From a virus: 39,665 bases of DNA. Position 1 is the stretch's first letter. Each line of letters begins with the position of its first letter. The stretch is taken from the IMG/VR virus record IMGVR_UViG_3300045988_174472; one strand, given 5' to 3'. The position numbers were made by a program, and so were the translations under genes. Below are positions 13,278-23,167 of this stretch, piece after piece. Under the pieces are notes generated by a model. It was not told where the DNA came from. It was given only the letters and a program-made list of their open reading frames with translations, and made no database searches.

Positions 13278-13496
13278 ATGGAGAAAAAGCATAAATATTA
13301 TTTTAAAGTATTAAATGACGAATTATTTGGAGGAGAAGGTTCAGAAGGGTATATGAGTCTAGCATTTACAGATAAAGAGGATAATCCGATTCAAATAGCT
13401 AAAAGTGCATTACACTTAACAAAATATTCAAGCAATGTTGAGTGTATAGAAATATCAGAAGATGAATACTTAAAAGCTACAGAAGAAGATCAGTAA
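13278..13496 (+). CDS. Hypothetical protein
   Basis: RBS aggaggagct. 72 aa. Confidence 0.5.
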   Translation: MEKKHKYYFKVLNDELFGGEGSEGYMSLAFTDKEDNPIQIAKSALHLTKYSSNVECIEISEDEYLKATEEDQ

Positions 13497-13553
13497 GTAA
13501 AAGAGGAGTGAATCAAAATAGAGCAGATAAAATGCAGTAAATGTAATGAGAAT

Positions 13554-13688
13554 ATGAGCGAAGGTTATTTAGTGCATTATGGATTATATCATTATTGCTC
13601 AGATGAATGTTTACATAAAGATATAAGTAAAGAAGAGTATTTATATATGTATGAGCAAGGATTTGCATTTTGGACTGATTTTGAATAA
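13554..13688 (+). CDS. Small Cys-rich protein; the frame is open from 13512
   Basis: The frame from 13512 reads IKIEQIKCSKCNENMSEGYLVHYGLYHYCSDECLH... A CxxC pair lies upstream of the first ATG (13554). RBS agaggag at 13503-13508 fits a non-ATG start at 13512-13520. Confidence 0.4.
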   Translation: MSEGYLVHYGLYHYCSDECLHKDISKEEYLYMYEQGFAFWTDFE

Positions 13689-13702
13689 TAGGAGATTGAG
13701 AA

Positions 13703-14071
13703 ATGTATAGAAATATGAGAAGAAGTGAATCTACAGAACAAATGACATTAATAGATTGGTGTAATATAAATACTTGCATATATCCAGAGCTAGAACTTAT
13801 ATATCATATACCTAATGAAGGTAAAAGAAGTAATTATCAAGGTAAGAAGCTTAAAAGAGAAGGATTAAAAAAGGGAGTTCCTGACTTATGCCTTCCAGTT
13901 CCTCGAAAAAATTATCATGGTTTATATATAGAAATGAAGTATGGAAATGGAAGAACTAGCAAAGAACAAAAAGAGTGGATAAAAAAACTTAATGAGCAAG
14001 GATACAAAGCTGTAGTATGTAATGGATTTGAAGAAGCTAGAAATACAATAGAAGAATATTTGATAAGTTAG
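13703..14071 (+). CDS. VRR-NUC domain nuclease
   Basis: Pattern GVPDLCLPVPRKNYHGLYIEMKYGNGRTSKEQKEWIKKLNEQGY has the PD-(D/E)xK-type VRR-NUC signature. Confidence 0.8.
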   Translation: MYRNMRRSESTEQMTLIDWCNINTCIYPELELIYHIPNEGKRSNYQGKKLKREGLKKGVPDLCLPVPRKNYHGLYIEMKYGNGRTSKEQKEWIKKLNEQGYKAVVCNGFEEARNTIEEYLIS

Positions 14072-14086
14072 TGGGTGTATGATTAG

Positions 14087-14659
14087 ATGAGAAGTGAAGA
14101 TATAAATATGGAAAATAGAGCTAAAGAATTATCGAAAGAAATTTTAAAAAGAGCTATAAATGAAAGTGTAGATAAAGAATTTGTAAAGAAATTATCTAAA
14201 GAAATTGCAAAAGAAGCTTTATTTGAAATAGTAAATAGTAAAAAAGATAGACGATATCAAAATACTAAGTTGTTGATGGAAAACTATAAAATATTGAAAG
14301 AGCATGTTAATGGCATAAAAGATGAAATAAATCTTAAAATTGAATTTAGAGATGAAGATAATATTATTTTTGTAAAATCGGATTATCTGTGGTTAGAGAG
14401 TATAGCTAAAAGTAAAGCAAGAACAATTGAAATGATGGAATATGTAGATACTAAAATAAAATATTTGATATATGAATATGAAGAGAAAGGACAATATGAG
14501 ATTATAGACTCATTTGTAATGTTTTATATAGAAGGGAAAACGGATGATGAAATAAGAGAAAAACATACATGCGGACAAAATACTCCTAAAAGATGGAGAG
14601 ATAAGATATTGAAAGAATTAAGTATACTTTTATGGGGGATTGATGCAATACAAATGTAA
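14087..14659 (+). CDS. Putative late-gene transcriptional activator (ArpU/RinA/sigma region-4-like)
   Basis: It occupies the last early-gene position before the structural operon. The C-terminal segment FYIEGKTDDEIREKHTCGQNTPKRWRDKILKELSILL is HTH-like. Confidence 0.4.
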   Translation: MRSEDINMENRAKELSKEILKRAINESVDKEFVKKLSKEIAKEALFEIVNSKKDRRYQNTKLLMENYKILKEHVNGIKDEINLKIEFRDEDNIIFVKSDYLWLESIAKSKARTIEMMEYVDTKIKYLIYEYEEKGQYEIIDSFVMFYIEGKTDDEIREKHTCGQNTPKRWRDKILKELSILLWGIDAIQM

Positions 14660-14661
14660 AT

Positions 14662-14700
14662 TGGTGAAAAGATGGTGAAAAGATGGTGTTTTAATGGTGG
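14662..14700 (+). repeat. TGGTG motif phased every 11 bp (4 copies; two full tggtgaaaaga units)
   Basis: Sequence tggtgaaaaga tggtgaaaaga tggtgttttaa tggtgg, starting at 14662, 14673, 14684 and 14695. Confidence 0.7.
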
Positions 14701-14902
14701 TTCAAACATGTTAATATGATAATATAGAAAAAATATGACTTAATGAAAAAAGAGAAATGATGTATTTTTATTTGTACGGTCGCTAGGGTAATAGTAGACC
14801 TAAAATAAAAAATAAGTAAGTTGTCTAATTGTTTAATATTGAAAAAGGCTAGAGAGATCTAGTCTTTTTGTTTTGTAAAAATATAGGAAGGTGGTTGTAT
14901 AG

Positions 14903-15562
14903 ATGCGATATGTAGTTAAAACAGAAAAAATGAAATCTATAATCGAAGCTGTGAAATGGGATGGAAAATTAGAAACAATAGAAGATAATAAATGGTTAGA
15001 AGAAGCTATAAAAGAAGATAGAGTTATATTAGCAATGAATGATGAATATGATAAAGAACCTTTATTATTGATATTCGATAGTTGGACTAGAGAGTATGAG
15101 ACAGTAGAAGCAGGGGATTATGTAATAAAAGAGACACATAATCAAAAGCATAGAATAAGAACTATGAAATCTGATAATTTTGAAGAAAAGTTTGAAGTTG
15201 TAGAAGATAAGGAAAATAATTGTGTTGTAGTTGACTTAGAATTAAACACAGAAGAATTTCATAAAAAACTAAATGAAGCTAAAGAAGAATTAGAAAAAGT
15301 ATTAAATTATAATATAAAAGATAAAGATAGCTTTAAGGTTGTGACTAAAGATATGTACATATCACAAATGGCAGGAAAAGCAGACCTAAATACACTTAAT
15401 ATACAATGGAATAGAATATCTAAAGGGCATAATTTTGTTTTGCTTAAAGAAGATCCTATATCATATAGATACTATAGTGTAGAAGAAATAGACAGATTAT
15501 TTGAAAGGGATAATTTAGAGAAATGTAAAGTCACAACTTGTATGCATGGTAAATTAGATTAA
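14903..15562 (+). CDS. Hypothetical protein
   Basis: 219-aa ORF with RBS aggaaggtgg. No motif recognised. Confidence 0.6.
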   Translation: MRYVVKTEKMKSIIEAVKWDGKLETIEDNKWLEEAIKEDRVILAMNDEYDKEPLLLIFDSWTREYETVEAGDYVIKETHNQKHRIRTMKSDNFEEKFEVVEDKENNCVVVDLELNTEEFHKKLNEAKEELEKVLNYNIKDKDSFKVVTKDMYISQMAGKADLNTLNIQWNRISKGHNFVLLKEDPISYRYYSVEEIDRLFERDNLEKCKVTTCMHGKLD

Positions 15563-15593
15563 GTTTCTACTAAACAAAATAAGGAGACAAGTT

Positions 15594-15878
15594 ATGAAGT
15601 ACATATGTGATAATTGTGAGCAAGAGTTCTTATTAGAAGCTAAAGATATAAAGCATAGAGCTATAGATGAGCTAATGATAAATGTTAGTTACTTTGAGTG
15701 TAGTAACTGTAAACAAAAATATATAATAGAATGTGTAGATCAATATATACTCAAAGAACAAAGAAGATATTTAAGATTATCTAGACAGAATGGTAAAAAT
15801 GAATCTACTATGAAAGCTTTAAAAAATATGAAGGTTCATAGCGATAGATTGAAGCTTAAAGTTATTGATTTATTATAG
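15594..15878 (+). CDS. Zinc-ribbon protein
   Basis: CDNC...CSNC pairs. RBS aaggaga. Confidence 0.55.
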   Translation: MKYICDNCEQEFLLEAKDIKHRAIDELMINVSYFECSNCKQKYIIECVDQYILKEQRRYLRLSRQNGKNESTMKALKNMKVHSDRLKLKVIDLL

Positions 15879-15886
15879 GTGATAAT

Positions 15887-16237
15887 ATGAATAAATTAGA
15901 ACTTAAGAAATGGATAGAAGAGTTATTATACCAAGGTAAGATAGATGATTTTTATAAATCTAAGTACTGGAGAAAGTTAAGAAAAGAAGTTCTTAAGGAA
16001 CAAAAGGAAGAATGTCAAGAATGTTTAAAGCTAGGTAAAATAACTAAAGCTAATACAGTACATCATGTTCAGTTTGTAGATAAGCATCCAGAACTTGCTT
16101 TGAGTAAGTTTTATACATACAAAGGAAAACAATATAGAAATTTAATATGTGTTTGTCCTGATTGCCATAATAAATTACATCCTGAAAAGCAAAAGAATAA
16201 TTTAAAAGAGAAGCTTATTAATAAGGAGCGATGGTAA
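15887..16237 (+). CDS. HNH endonuclease (packaging-associated)
   Basis: CQEC...HHVQF...CPDCHNKLH. Located just upstream of terS/terL. Confidence 0.8.
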   Translation: MNKLELKKWIEELLYQGKIDDFYKSKYWRKLRKEVLKEQKEECQECLKLGKITKANTVHHVQFVDKHPELALSKFYTYKGKQYRNLICVCPDCHNKLHPEKQKNNLKEKLINKERW

Positions 16238-16319
16238 TAAAATAACGTACTTAAAAGCTTTTATAAATAATAAGCGTATATTTATATATAAACATAAAAT
16301 AAAACGTCTTAGAATAGCA

Positions 16320-16400
16320 ATAAAGCCCCCCTACCCCTATATACCCTTTTTAAAATTGGGGGATATGCGAGCGGAAGGGGGTCCTTGTATGCAGAGAAAT
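16320..16400. other. GC-rich island, candidate cos site
   Basis: aaagcccccctacccctatataccc...gggggatatgcgagcggaagggggtcc stands out in an AT-rich intergenic region between HNH and terS. Two aaaatgyaatttt repeats follow at about 16410-16450. Confidence 0.35.
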
Positions 16401-16482
16401 TCCATTTTTAAAAAAATGTAATTTTTTCAGATGAAAATGCAATTTTCACTTATAAAAAATATAATAAAATTTTATTTTTGAG

Positions 16483-16983
16483 GTGGTGAATTTGAAAGAT
16501 GTTAAAAAAATAAAAAAGTATCAGGAAGCTGAAAAAGACTACGTTTTAGGTATGAGTATACCTGAAATATCTAGGAAGTATTCTGTAAAAGAAGCCACCG
16601 TAAAAACATGGATAAAAAGGCATAGGTGGAAGCGGACAGAAATTCAAAAAAAATCAGATAAGCAGACAGAAATAATAATTGATGGTAAAAATTTATACCA
16701 AATAAGAGAAGAACTTTTAAATCAATTAGAGATAGTAGGAAAAAAAAATATTCAAAGTATAATAGAAATAGAATCTTATATTGATAGTTTAAAGGATTAT
16801 TATAAATATAAAAATGATTTAGATGAAAGAGGTCATTTAATAGAAACTAAAAAAGGTATAAAACATAATGAAAGTGCAACTTTGAAAACAAAATCATCAA
16901 ATGAAAGAAGAAAGATATTAGAGTTCTTAGGATTAAATGACATTATAACTGTTAAAGAGGAAGATGACGATGAAGAGTTATAG
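16483..16983 (+). CDS. terS: Terminase small subunit
   Basis: N-terminal HTH GMSIPEISRKYSVKEATVKTWIKRHRW. Overlaps terL. The start is ambiguous (GTG 16483 or TTG 16492). Confidence 0.65.
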   Translation: MVNLKDVKKIKKYQEAEKDYVLGMSIPEISRKYSVKEATVKTWIKRHRWKRTEIQKKSDKQTEIIIDGKNLYQIREELLNQLEIVGKKNIQSIIEIESYIDSLKDYYKYKNDLDERGHLIETKKGIKHNESATLKTKSSNERRKILEFLGLNDIITVKEEDDDEEL

Positions 16984-18634
16984 TAAATACATCGATCCTT
17001 ATATAAATAAAATATTAAATAATGAAATAGAACACTGTAATGAGCAAGAATTGATGATTAACAATATAATAATTCCAGTTCTTGAAAGAGAAGATGTATA
17101 CATAGATGAAAAAAGAATAGAAGATGGTTTATCTTTACAGAAATACTTTCCATACAAGTTGATTGAGTGGGAAGTATTTTTATTTGCATTAATAGTAGGA
17201 GTATTCTTTGATAATGGAGATATAGTATTCAATGATATACGCATCATTGTTGGTAGAGGTAGTGGTAAAAATGGATTTATTTCATATTTAAGCTTTTATT
17301 TTTTAAGTCCACTTCATGGAATACGAGGATATAATATTGACTTATTAGCAAACAGTGAAGATCAAGCTAAAACAACATTTAAAGATGTATACGAAATAGT
17401 AAAAGAACCAGTTAAAAAATCATATGAAGAAAAGCTTAAGAAAAATTTTAATGCGACTAAAGAAGAAATAACAGGATTAAAGACAAAATCGGTTTTAAGA
17501 TTTAATACATCGTCTAAACGAGGCAAAGACTCAAAAAGAACAGGATGTATTATTTTTGACGAAAAACATGAATATGTAGATGTATCTAATATGAACACTC
17601 TTACATCTGGTTTAGGTAAAGTTAAACATGGAAGAACGATAACTATAACTACTAATGGTCATGTAAGAGGTGGAGTTTTAGACAGAGAATTAGATCAAGC
17701 TAAAGATATTTTAAAAGAATATAATCCTTTAAATAGAACTTTGATATTTTGGTGTAGGATTGAAGATGAAAATGAATGGAATGATCCAACAAAATGGATT
17801 AAAGCTATACCATCTTTAAATGATTTTACTGAGTTAAAATCAAGGATACAAAAAGAAGTAATTGATATGCCACATAATATGGACTATTTTCCAGAGTTTA
17901 TGGCTAAAAGAATGAACTTCCCTATAGGAAATAAAGAATTAGAAGTTGCTACATGGGATGATATTCTAGCAGCTAATAGACCTCTTATAGATTTAACAGG
18001 GTTTGAATGTGTAGGAGGTGTTGATTATGCTAAAACTAATGACTTTGTGGCTTGTTGTTTAGTATTTAGAGTAGATAAAGTATATTATGTTATCCATCAT
18101 ACATTTGTATGTATGAAATCAAGAGATTTACCAGGAATAAAAGCTCCATTAGAAAAGTATGCGAAAATGGGACATCTTACTTTTGTAAATGATGTTGAAA
18201 TATCTCCTGACTATGTAGTTAATTGGTTCTATGAAATGGGTTCTAAATATAACATTTTAAAAATTGCTATAGATAATTTCAGATATTCTTTATTAAACTC
18301 AACATTTAAGAAAATAGGGTTTGATGCTTTTGAAAAAAAGAACATAAGACTAATTAGACCTAACGATATAATGAAAGTTGCTCCGATTATTAATTCTGTA
18401 TTTATAAATCATAACTTTGCATGGGGAGATGTATCGGAAGATGGTACAAATCCTATAATGTGTTGGTATACACATAACACTAAAAAAGTTGAGAAAAACG
18501 GAAATATGACATATGAAAAAATAGAGCCTAATTATAGAAAAACAGATGGATTCATGGCTTTAGTTAATGCAATGATTATCTCTGATGAAATAAAAGATAA
18601 AATAAAAATACCAAAGATTAGAGTTATTACTTAG
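16964..18634 (+). CDS. terL: Terminase large subunit
   Basis: Walker A VGRGSGKNGF, Walker B-like CIIFDEKHE, and a C-terminal nuclease half. 556 aa. Confidence 0.9.
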   Translation: MTMKSYSKYIDPYINKILNNEIEHCNEQELMINNIIIPVLEREDVYIDEKRIEDGLSLQKYFPYKLIEWEVFLFALIVGVFFDNGDIVFNDIRIIVGRGSGKNGFISYLSFYFLSPLHGIRGYNIDLLANSEDQAKTTFKDVYEIVKEPVKKSYEEKLKKNFNATKEEITGLKTKSVLRFNTSSKRGKDSKRTGCIIFDEKHEYVDVSNMNTLTSGLGKVKHGRTITITTNGHVRGGVLDRELDQAKDILKEYNPLNRTLIFWCRIEDENEWNDPTKWIKAIPSLNDFTELKSRIQKEVIDMPHNMDYFPEFMAKRMNFPIGNKELEVATWDDILAANRPLIDLTGFECVGGVDYAKTNDFVACCLVFRVDKVYYVIHHTFVCMKSRDLPGIKAPLEKYAKMGHLTFVNDVEISPDYVVNWFYEMGSKYNILKIAIDNFRYSLLNSTFKKIGFDAFEKKNIRLIRPNDIMKVAPIINSVFINHNFAWGDVSEDGTNPIMCWYTHNTKKVEKNGNMTYEKIEPNYRKTDGFMALVNAMIISDEIKDKIKIPKIRVIT

Positions 18635-18649
18635 AAAGAAGGTGATAGT

Positions 18650-19813
18650 ATGGCTTGGTATGATTTTTTAGAAAAACTGATTCCATCTAAAAAAAATAAC
18701 ACGACAAAAGTTATTATGACACCGTTAATTCAAGAAATATATTTTAAAGAAATGGCTTTATATACTGCGGTAAGTTATATAGCTAATGCAATATCAAAAT
18801 GTGAAATAAAAACTTATAGAAATGGAGTGGAAATTAAAGAAGATTCATATTTTCTTATGAACATATCTCCAAATGAAAATTATAATGCAAGTAAGTTTTG
18901 GCATAAAGTTATTGAAAAAATGTACTATGATGGAGAAGCTTTAGTTATAAGTAAAGAAAATAAATTATTTTGTGCAGATAGTTTTTATGTAGATGAAGAT
19001 CCTATTGAAGGAAATATATATAAAAATATAGTTGTTGATGGAAAAGATATAGAAGGAATTTTTCATGCTAAAGAAGTTTATTTATTTGAATTAGACAATA
19101 AAAAAGTCAAAGATTTAATTAACGGAATATATCAAGGATATAGTGAATTAATTGGATTTGCACAAAAAATTTATATGAAATCAAATGGTTCAAAATATAA
19201 AGTTAAAATGCCTATGACGAAAATAGGAGATGATGAATTTAATGAAGCATTTGAAAAAGCGATAGAAGATCAATTAAAAATTTTTATTAATAGCAACGAA
19301 GCTGTTTACACTGAATATGAAGGCTATGAGCTTATAGATATGACTCAAAATGGAAAGAGTAAAGATGTAAAAGATATTATAGATTTAAGAGAAGAAATAT
19401 TTAAAATTGTAGCTCAAGCGTGTAATATTCCTTTATCATTAATGTCAGGTAATATTACTAATATTAATGATGTAGTCAAAGCATTTATAACATTCGCAAT
19501 AGATCCAATTGCAATTATGATGAGTGATGAATTGACTAGAAAACAAGGAAGTAATAGAAAACATAGTTGTAATGCATGGAAACAAGGTCAATATTTTAAA
19601 GTAGATACGTCTAAAATTAATCATATTGACATATTAGAATCTGCTAATAATATAGATAAATTAATAGCAAGTGGATTTGTGTGTATAGATGACTTAAGAA
19701 GTTTAACTGGAATGAACTTAATAAATAATGACTTTAGTAAGACTCATTTTATAACTAAAAATTATGATACTATTGAAAATCGATTGAAAGGAGAGGATAT
19801 AAAAAATGAATAA
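18650..19813 (+). CDS. Portal protein (HK97 family)
   Basis: Size and gene order (terL-portal-protease-capsid), plus portal-typical central region. Confidence 0.85.
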   Translation: MAWYDFLEKLIPSKKNNTTKVIMTPLIQEIYFKEMALYTAVSYIANAISKCEIKTYRNGVEIKEDSYFLMNISPNENYNASKFWHKVIEKMYYDGEALVISKENKLFCADSFYVDEDPIEGNIYKNIVVDGKDIEGIFHAKEVYLFELDNKKVKDLINGIYQGYSELIGFAQKIYMKSNGSKYKVKMPMTKIGDDEFNEAFEKAIEDQLKIFINSNEAVYTEYEGYELIDMTQNGKSKDVKDIIDLREEIFKIVAQACNIPLSLMSGNITNINDVVKAFITFAIDPIAIMMSDELTRKQGSNRKHSCNAWKQGQYFKVDTSKINHIDILESANNIDKLIASGFVCIDDLRSLTGMNLINNDFSKTHFITKNYDTIENRLKGEDIKNE

Positions 19814-20543
19814 GCAATATTATTCATTACAAAAATCAGATAATGAAGCTAATATAGTCATTTATGGGAATATATCATCGTGGAGTTGGAATGAAAGAAA
19901 TACATCAGCGTATAATCTTTCAAAGCAATTAGAAGATCTTGATGTTGATTTCATAAATATATATATTAACTCATATGGTGGAGAAGTCGCAGAAGGATTA
20001 GCTATTTATAATACATTAAAAAGACATAAAGCAACAGTTAGAACATACTGTGACGGTTTCGCATGTTCTATAGCCAGTGTTATATTTATGGCTGGAGATG
20101 AAAGAATAATGTCTAATGCTAGTTTATTAATGATACATAATGCTTGGACAAATATTTCTGGTAATGCAAATGAACTTAGAAAACAGGCGGATGATTTAGA
20201 AAAAATAACTCAAGCATCTATAAATGTATATTTACAAGATGTGAATATATCAGAGGAAGAATTAAGGCAACTTTTAGATAATGAAACATGGCTAACGCCT
20301 CAAGAAGCATTTGAAAAAGGATTTGCAACTACCATAACAAATGAAAAGAAAAATGAATCAGTAAGCCAAGATATTAGAAATTATTTAATGTCTATGATAC
20401 TAGAAAGACAAGAACAAGAAAAAGAAAAGAAATTAGAAGAATTACATCAAAAATTAAAAGAAGGCGAAAAAGAACCAAATAAACAAATAATAAGCGGTTC
20501 TTTTTTTAATGCAATAAATAAAATAGTGGGAGGAGAAAAATAA
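19806..20543 (+). CDS. Head maturation protease, ClpP-like (S14)
   Basis: YINSYGGEVAEGLAIYNTLK...GFACSIASVIFMAGDERIMSNASLLMIHNAW, with Ser and His in ClpP context. Confidence 0.85.
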   Translation: MNKQYYSLQKSDNEANIVIYGNISSWSWNERNTSAYNLSKQLEDLDVDFINIYINSYGGEVAEGLAIYNTLKRHKATVRTYCDGFACSIASVIFMAGDERIMSNASLLMIHNAWTNISGNANELRKQADDLEKITQASINVYLQDVNISEEELRQLLDNETWLTPQEAFEKGFATTITNEKKNESVSQDIRNYLMSMILERQEQEKEKKLEELHQKLKEGEKEPNKQIISGSFFNAINKIVGGEK

Positions 20544-21784
20544 TGCCAATATCAGTAAATACTAAAATACAAGACCCAGGAGTAGGAGCAGTTGTCCAAA
20601 CTGCATTAGGAAGTGGAGCGCAAGAAGGTGATAATTTAGCTATGGAAGAAGCTCTTTTAATATTTAAACAACATATAATTGATGAAGTTAAGGCTGATTC
20701 TGATAAGTATAACGAAGAAGCAGATAGAGCTGTATTAGCACAAAGAGGATATAGACAATTAACAAATAAAGAAAAAGTTTGGTATCAAAAATTTATAGAA
20801 GCATCAAAAAGTAGAACACCAAAGCAAGAATTCTCGAATTTTTTAACATCTCCAGAAGGTATAATGCCAGAAACTATAATAGAAGATGTATTTAAAGATT
20901 TAAGAGAAGAGCATCCATTATTAAACAAGATAAATTTTACTCATACAAAATTTTTAACTAAATGGGTATTGAATGATCATACAAGAGATACTGCATTCTG
21001 GGGCGAATTAAACTCAGACATAGAGAAAGAGATAACATCAGCATTCAAAATTGTAGATATATCTCAAAATAAGTTATCTGCATTTGCTGCAATACCTAAA
21101 GATATGCTAGATATAGGACCAACATTTATAGATAAATACATAAGAGAAGTTTTAAAAGAAGCTATTTCTTCAGGACTTGAAAAAGCTATAATAGATGGAA
21201 CAGGTAAGAATGAACCTATAGGATTAAATAGAAATATATCTAAAGGAGTAAGTGTTTCAGATGGAGTTTATCCTAAAAAAGATACAATATCTGTAACATC
21301 TTTTTCTAAAGAGGAATATCCGAAATTAGTATCTAAATTAATTAAAACAGAAAATGAAAGAATGAGAAAAATAGAAAAGAACCCAGTTACACTTATATGT
21401 AATCCTATTGATTATTATAATAAAATAATGCCTGCAACAACTGTTGAAACATTTGGAGGATACAATCGTAATGTTTTTGTGATTCCTACTGATGTTATAA
21501 AATCTAATTTTATACCTGAGGGTGAAGCTATACTATGTTTAATAGAAGAGTATTTTATGGGTATGGGTGGATCTAAAGATGGAATTATAGAGTATTCAGA
21601 TGAGTATAAATTCTTAGAAGATATGAGGTATTACAAAATAAAAACTTTTGGAGATGGTAAAGCTTATGATAATACGTCAGCGTTATTATTAGATATATCA
21701 GAATTAGAACCAACATATACAACAGTTAATATTAATACAGATACTCAAACTTTAGCTAAACAAGCATCAAGAAAGACTAAGTAA
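20543..21784 (+). CDS. Major capsid protein (HK97 fold)
   Basis: 413 aa, directly after the protease, with an N-terminal delta-domain-like coiled region. Confidence 0.8.
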   Translation: MPISVNTKIQDPGVGAVVQTALGSGAQEGDNLAMEEALLIFKQHIIDEVKADSDKYNEEADRAVLAQRGYRQLTNKEKVWYQKFIEASKSRTPKQEFSNFLTSPEGIMPETIIEDVFKDLREEHPLLNKINFTHTKFLTKWVLNDHTRDTAFWGELNSDIEKEITSAFKIVDISQNKLSAFAAIPKDMLDIGPTFIDKYIREVLKEAISSGLEKAIIDGTGKNEPIGLNRNISKGVSVSDGVYPKKDTISVTSFSKEEYPKLVSKLIKTENERMRKIEKNPVTLICNPIDYYNKIMPATTVETFGGYNRNVFVIPTDVIKSNFIPEGEAILCLIEEYFMGMGGSKDGIIEYSDEYKFLEDMRYYKIKTFGDGKAYDNTSALLLDISELEPTYTTVNINTDTQTLAKQASRKTK

Positions 21785-22092
21785 TGGAATCTAAAGAATC
21801 CTTAATAATAAAAGTTAAAAATATTTGCAACATAACTTGGGAAGATGAATCTATCAATAAAAAAATAGATAGTATGATAGAAGATGCAGAAATAGCATTA
21901 AATCATAAGTTAGGTGCTACGATAGATTATTCTGTAAAAGGTATGGAGCGTAGATTATTTTTAAATTATTGTCTGTATGCATGGAATGATTGTTTAGATG
22001 AGTTTGATAAAAAATATATGAACGAGATATACCAAATAAGAGCTATATATGAGGTAAAGCAATATGCTGAAAAGAAAAATCAATCAATATAA
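21784..22092 (+). CDS. Head-tail connector (gp6-like)
   Basis: Called from position and size (102 aa). Confidence 0.5.
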   Translation: MESKESLIIKVKNICNITWEDESINKKIDSMIEDAEIALNHKLGATIDYSVKGMERRLFLNYCLYAWNDCLDEFDKKYMNEIYQIRAIYEVKQYAEKKNQSI

Positions 22093-22726
22093 TGATGGAG
22101 TATTGAAGTTTGGTAGATATGTAGAAAAGTATGATAATAATGAAATTTTATTAGATGAAAAAGAGTTTATTCAAGAGGGTAAGCTCTTTTTTTCATATAA
22201 AACCATTAGAGAGCAGGATAGGTTAAAGTTTGATGATACAGGGTATAAAATAGAACTGAAGATTAACACTCCATATATGAATAAAATAAAGAGTGATCAT
22301 ATAGTTTTAATTGATGATAATGTATATAGTATTAAATACATAGAACCTGATTTTACTAAAAAGAATTTATATATGTTTTTAAGTAATTATGAAGATGAAA
22401 TGGATACATATATATCTATTTATAAAGCAAATAGAATTAGCCCTATAGCAAATCAAACTTTAAATATTTTTAAAAATGCTTGGTGTAAAGTAGAAAATAT
22501 TTTAGATAAGTCGACTAGAGAAAAGACATCTAATGATATATCTAAAATTATTGTTCAGAAAAAGATAACTTTAAAATATATTAAAGAGTTGGATTCATCG
22601 ATAAGTAAAGATATTTTATCAAAATATAAAATTGGCATTAATGGCGTTAAGTATAAGATAATTAGTTCATTAAATATAAATAATGAAAATAAATTAATTC
22701 AACTAGAAATTGAAAAGGAGTCTTAA
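22064..22726 (+). CDS. Head closure / head-tail adaptor (unusually long)
   Basis: Called from position. 220 aa against the usual roughly 110 aa. Confidence 0.4.
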   Translation: MLKRKINQYNDGVLKFGRYVEKYDNNEILLDEKEFIQEGKLFFSYKTIREQDRLKFDDTGYKIELKINTPYMNKIKSDHIVLIDDNVYSIKYIEPDFTKKNLYMFLSNYEDEMDTYISIYKANRISPIANQTLNIFKNAWCKVENILDKSTREKTSNDISKIIVQKKITLKYIKELDSSISKDILSKYKIGINGVKYKIISSLNINNENKLIQLEIEKES

Positions 22727-22727
22727 A

Positions 22728-23159
22728 ATGGGCTTGGAATTTGATTTTAGCAAAGTTAAAGCTAATCTAATGACTATTCAGAAGAATATTAGAAAAAATG
22801 TAATAGACAAAAGCCTTGATGCGGGAGCAGAAATAATTCTTGAAGAAGAAAGGAAAAATGTTCCTGTGCATACACCTAACAAAAAGAATCGTAGCGCTGG
22901 TGGAAGATTAAAAGCTAGTTTAGATATTGGTAAAAAACAAGGAACTGATTTAAAGAGAAAAGTTCATGTAGGGATTCAAAATGCTCAAGAAAGAGAAGTA
23001 GTATATGGATATTATCAAGAGCATGGATATTCTAAAGGTGGAAAGGCAGTTGCGGGAAAGAAATGGATGAAAAGATCATTTAATAATTCAATAAAAAAAG
23101 CAAATGAAAAGATAAAAGATGTTGTAATTAAAGAACTAACTTCTGGTATTAAAAAGTAG
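22728..23159 (+). CDS. HK97 gp10-like tail-head joining protein
   Basis: Start trimmed to the ATG after RBS aaaggag. Called from position and size. Confidence 0.5.
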   Translation: MGLEFDFSKVKANLMTIQKNIRKNVIDKSLDAGAEIILEEERKNVPVHTPNKKNRSAGGRLKASLDIGKKQGTDLKRKVHVGIQNAQEREVVYGYYQEHGYSKGGKAVAGKKWMKRSFNNSIKKANEKIKDVVIKELTSGIKK

Positions 23160-23167
23160 GTGATATA

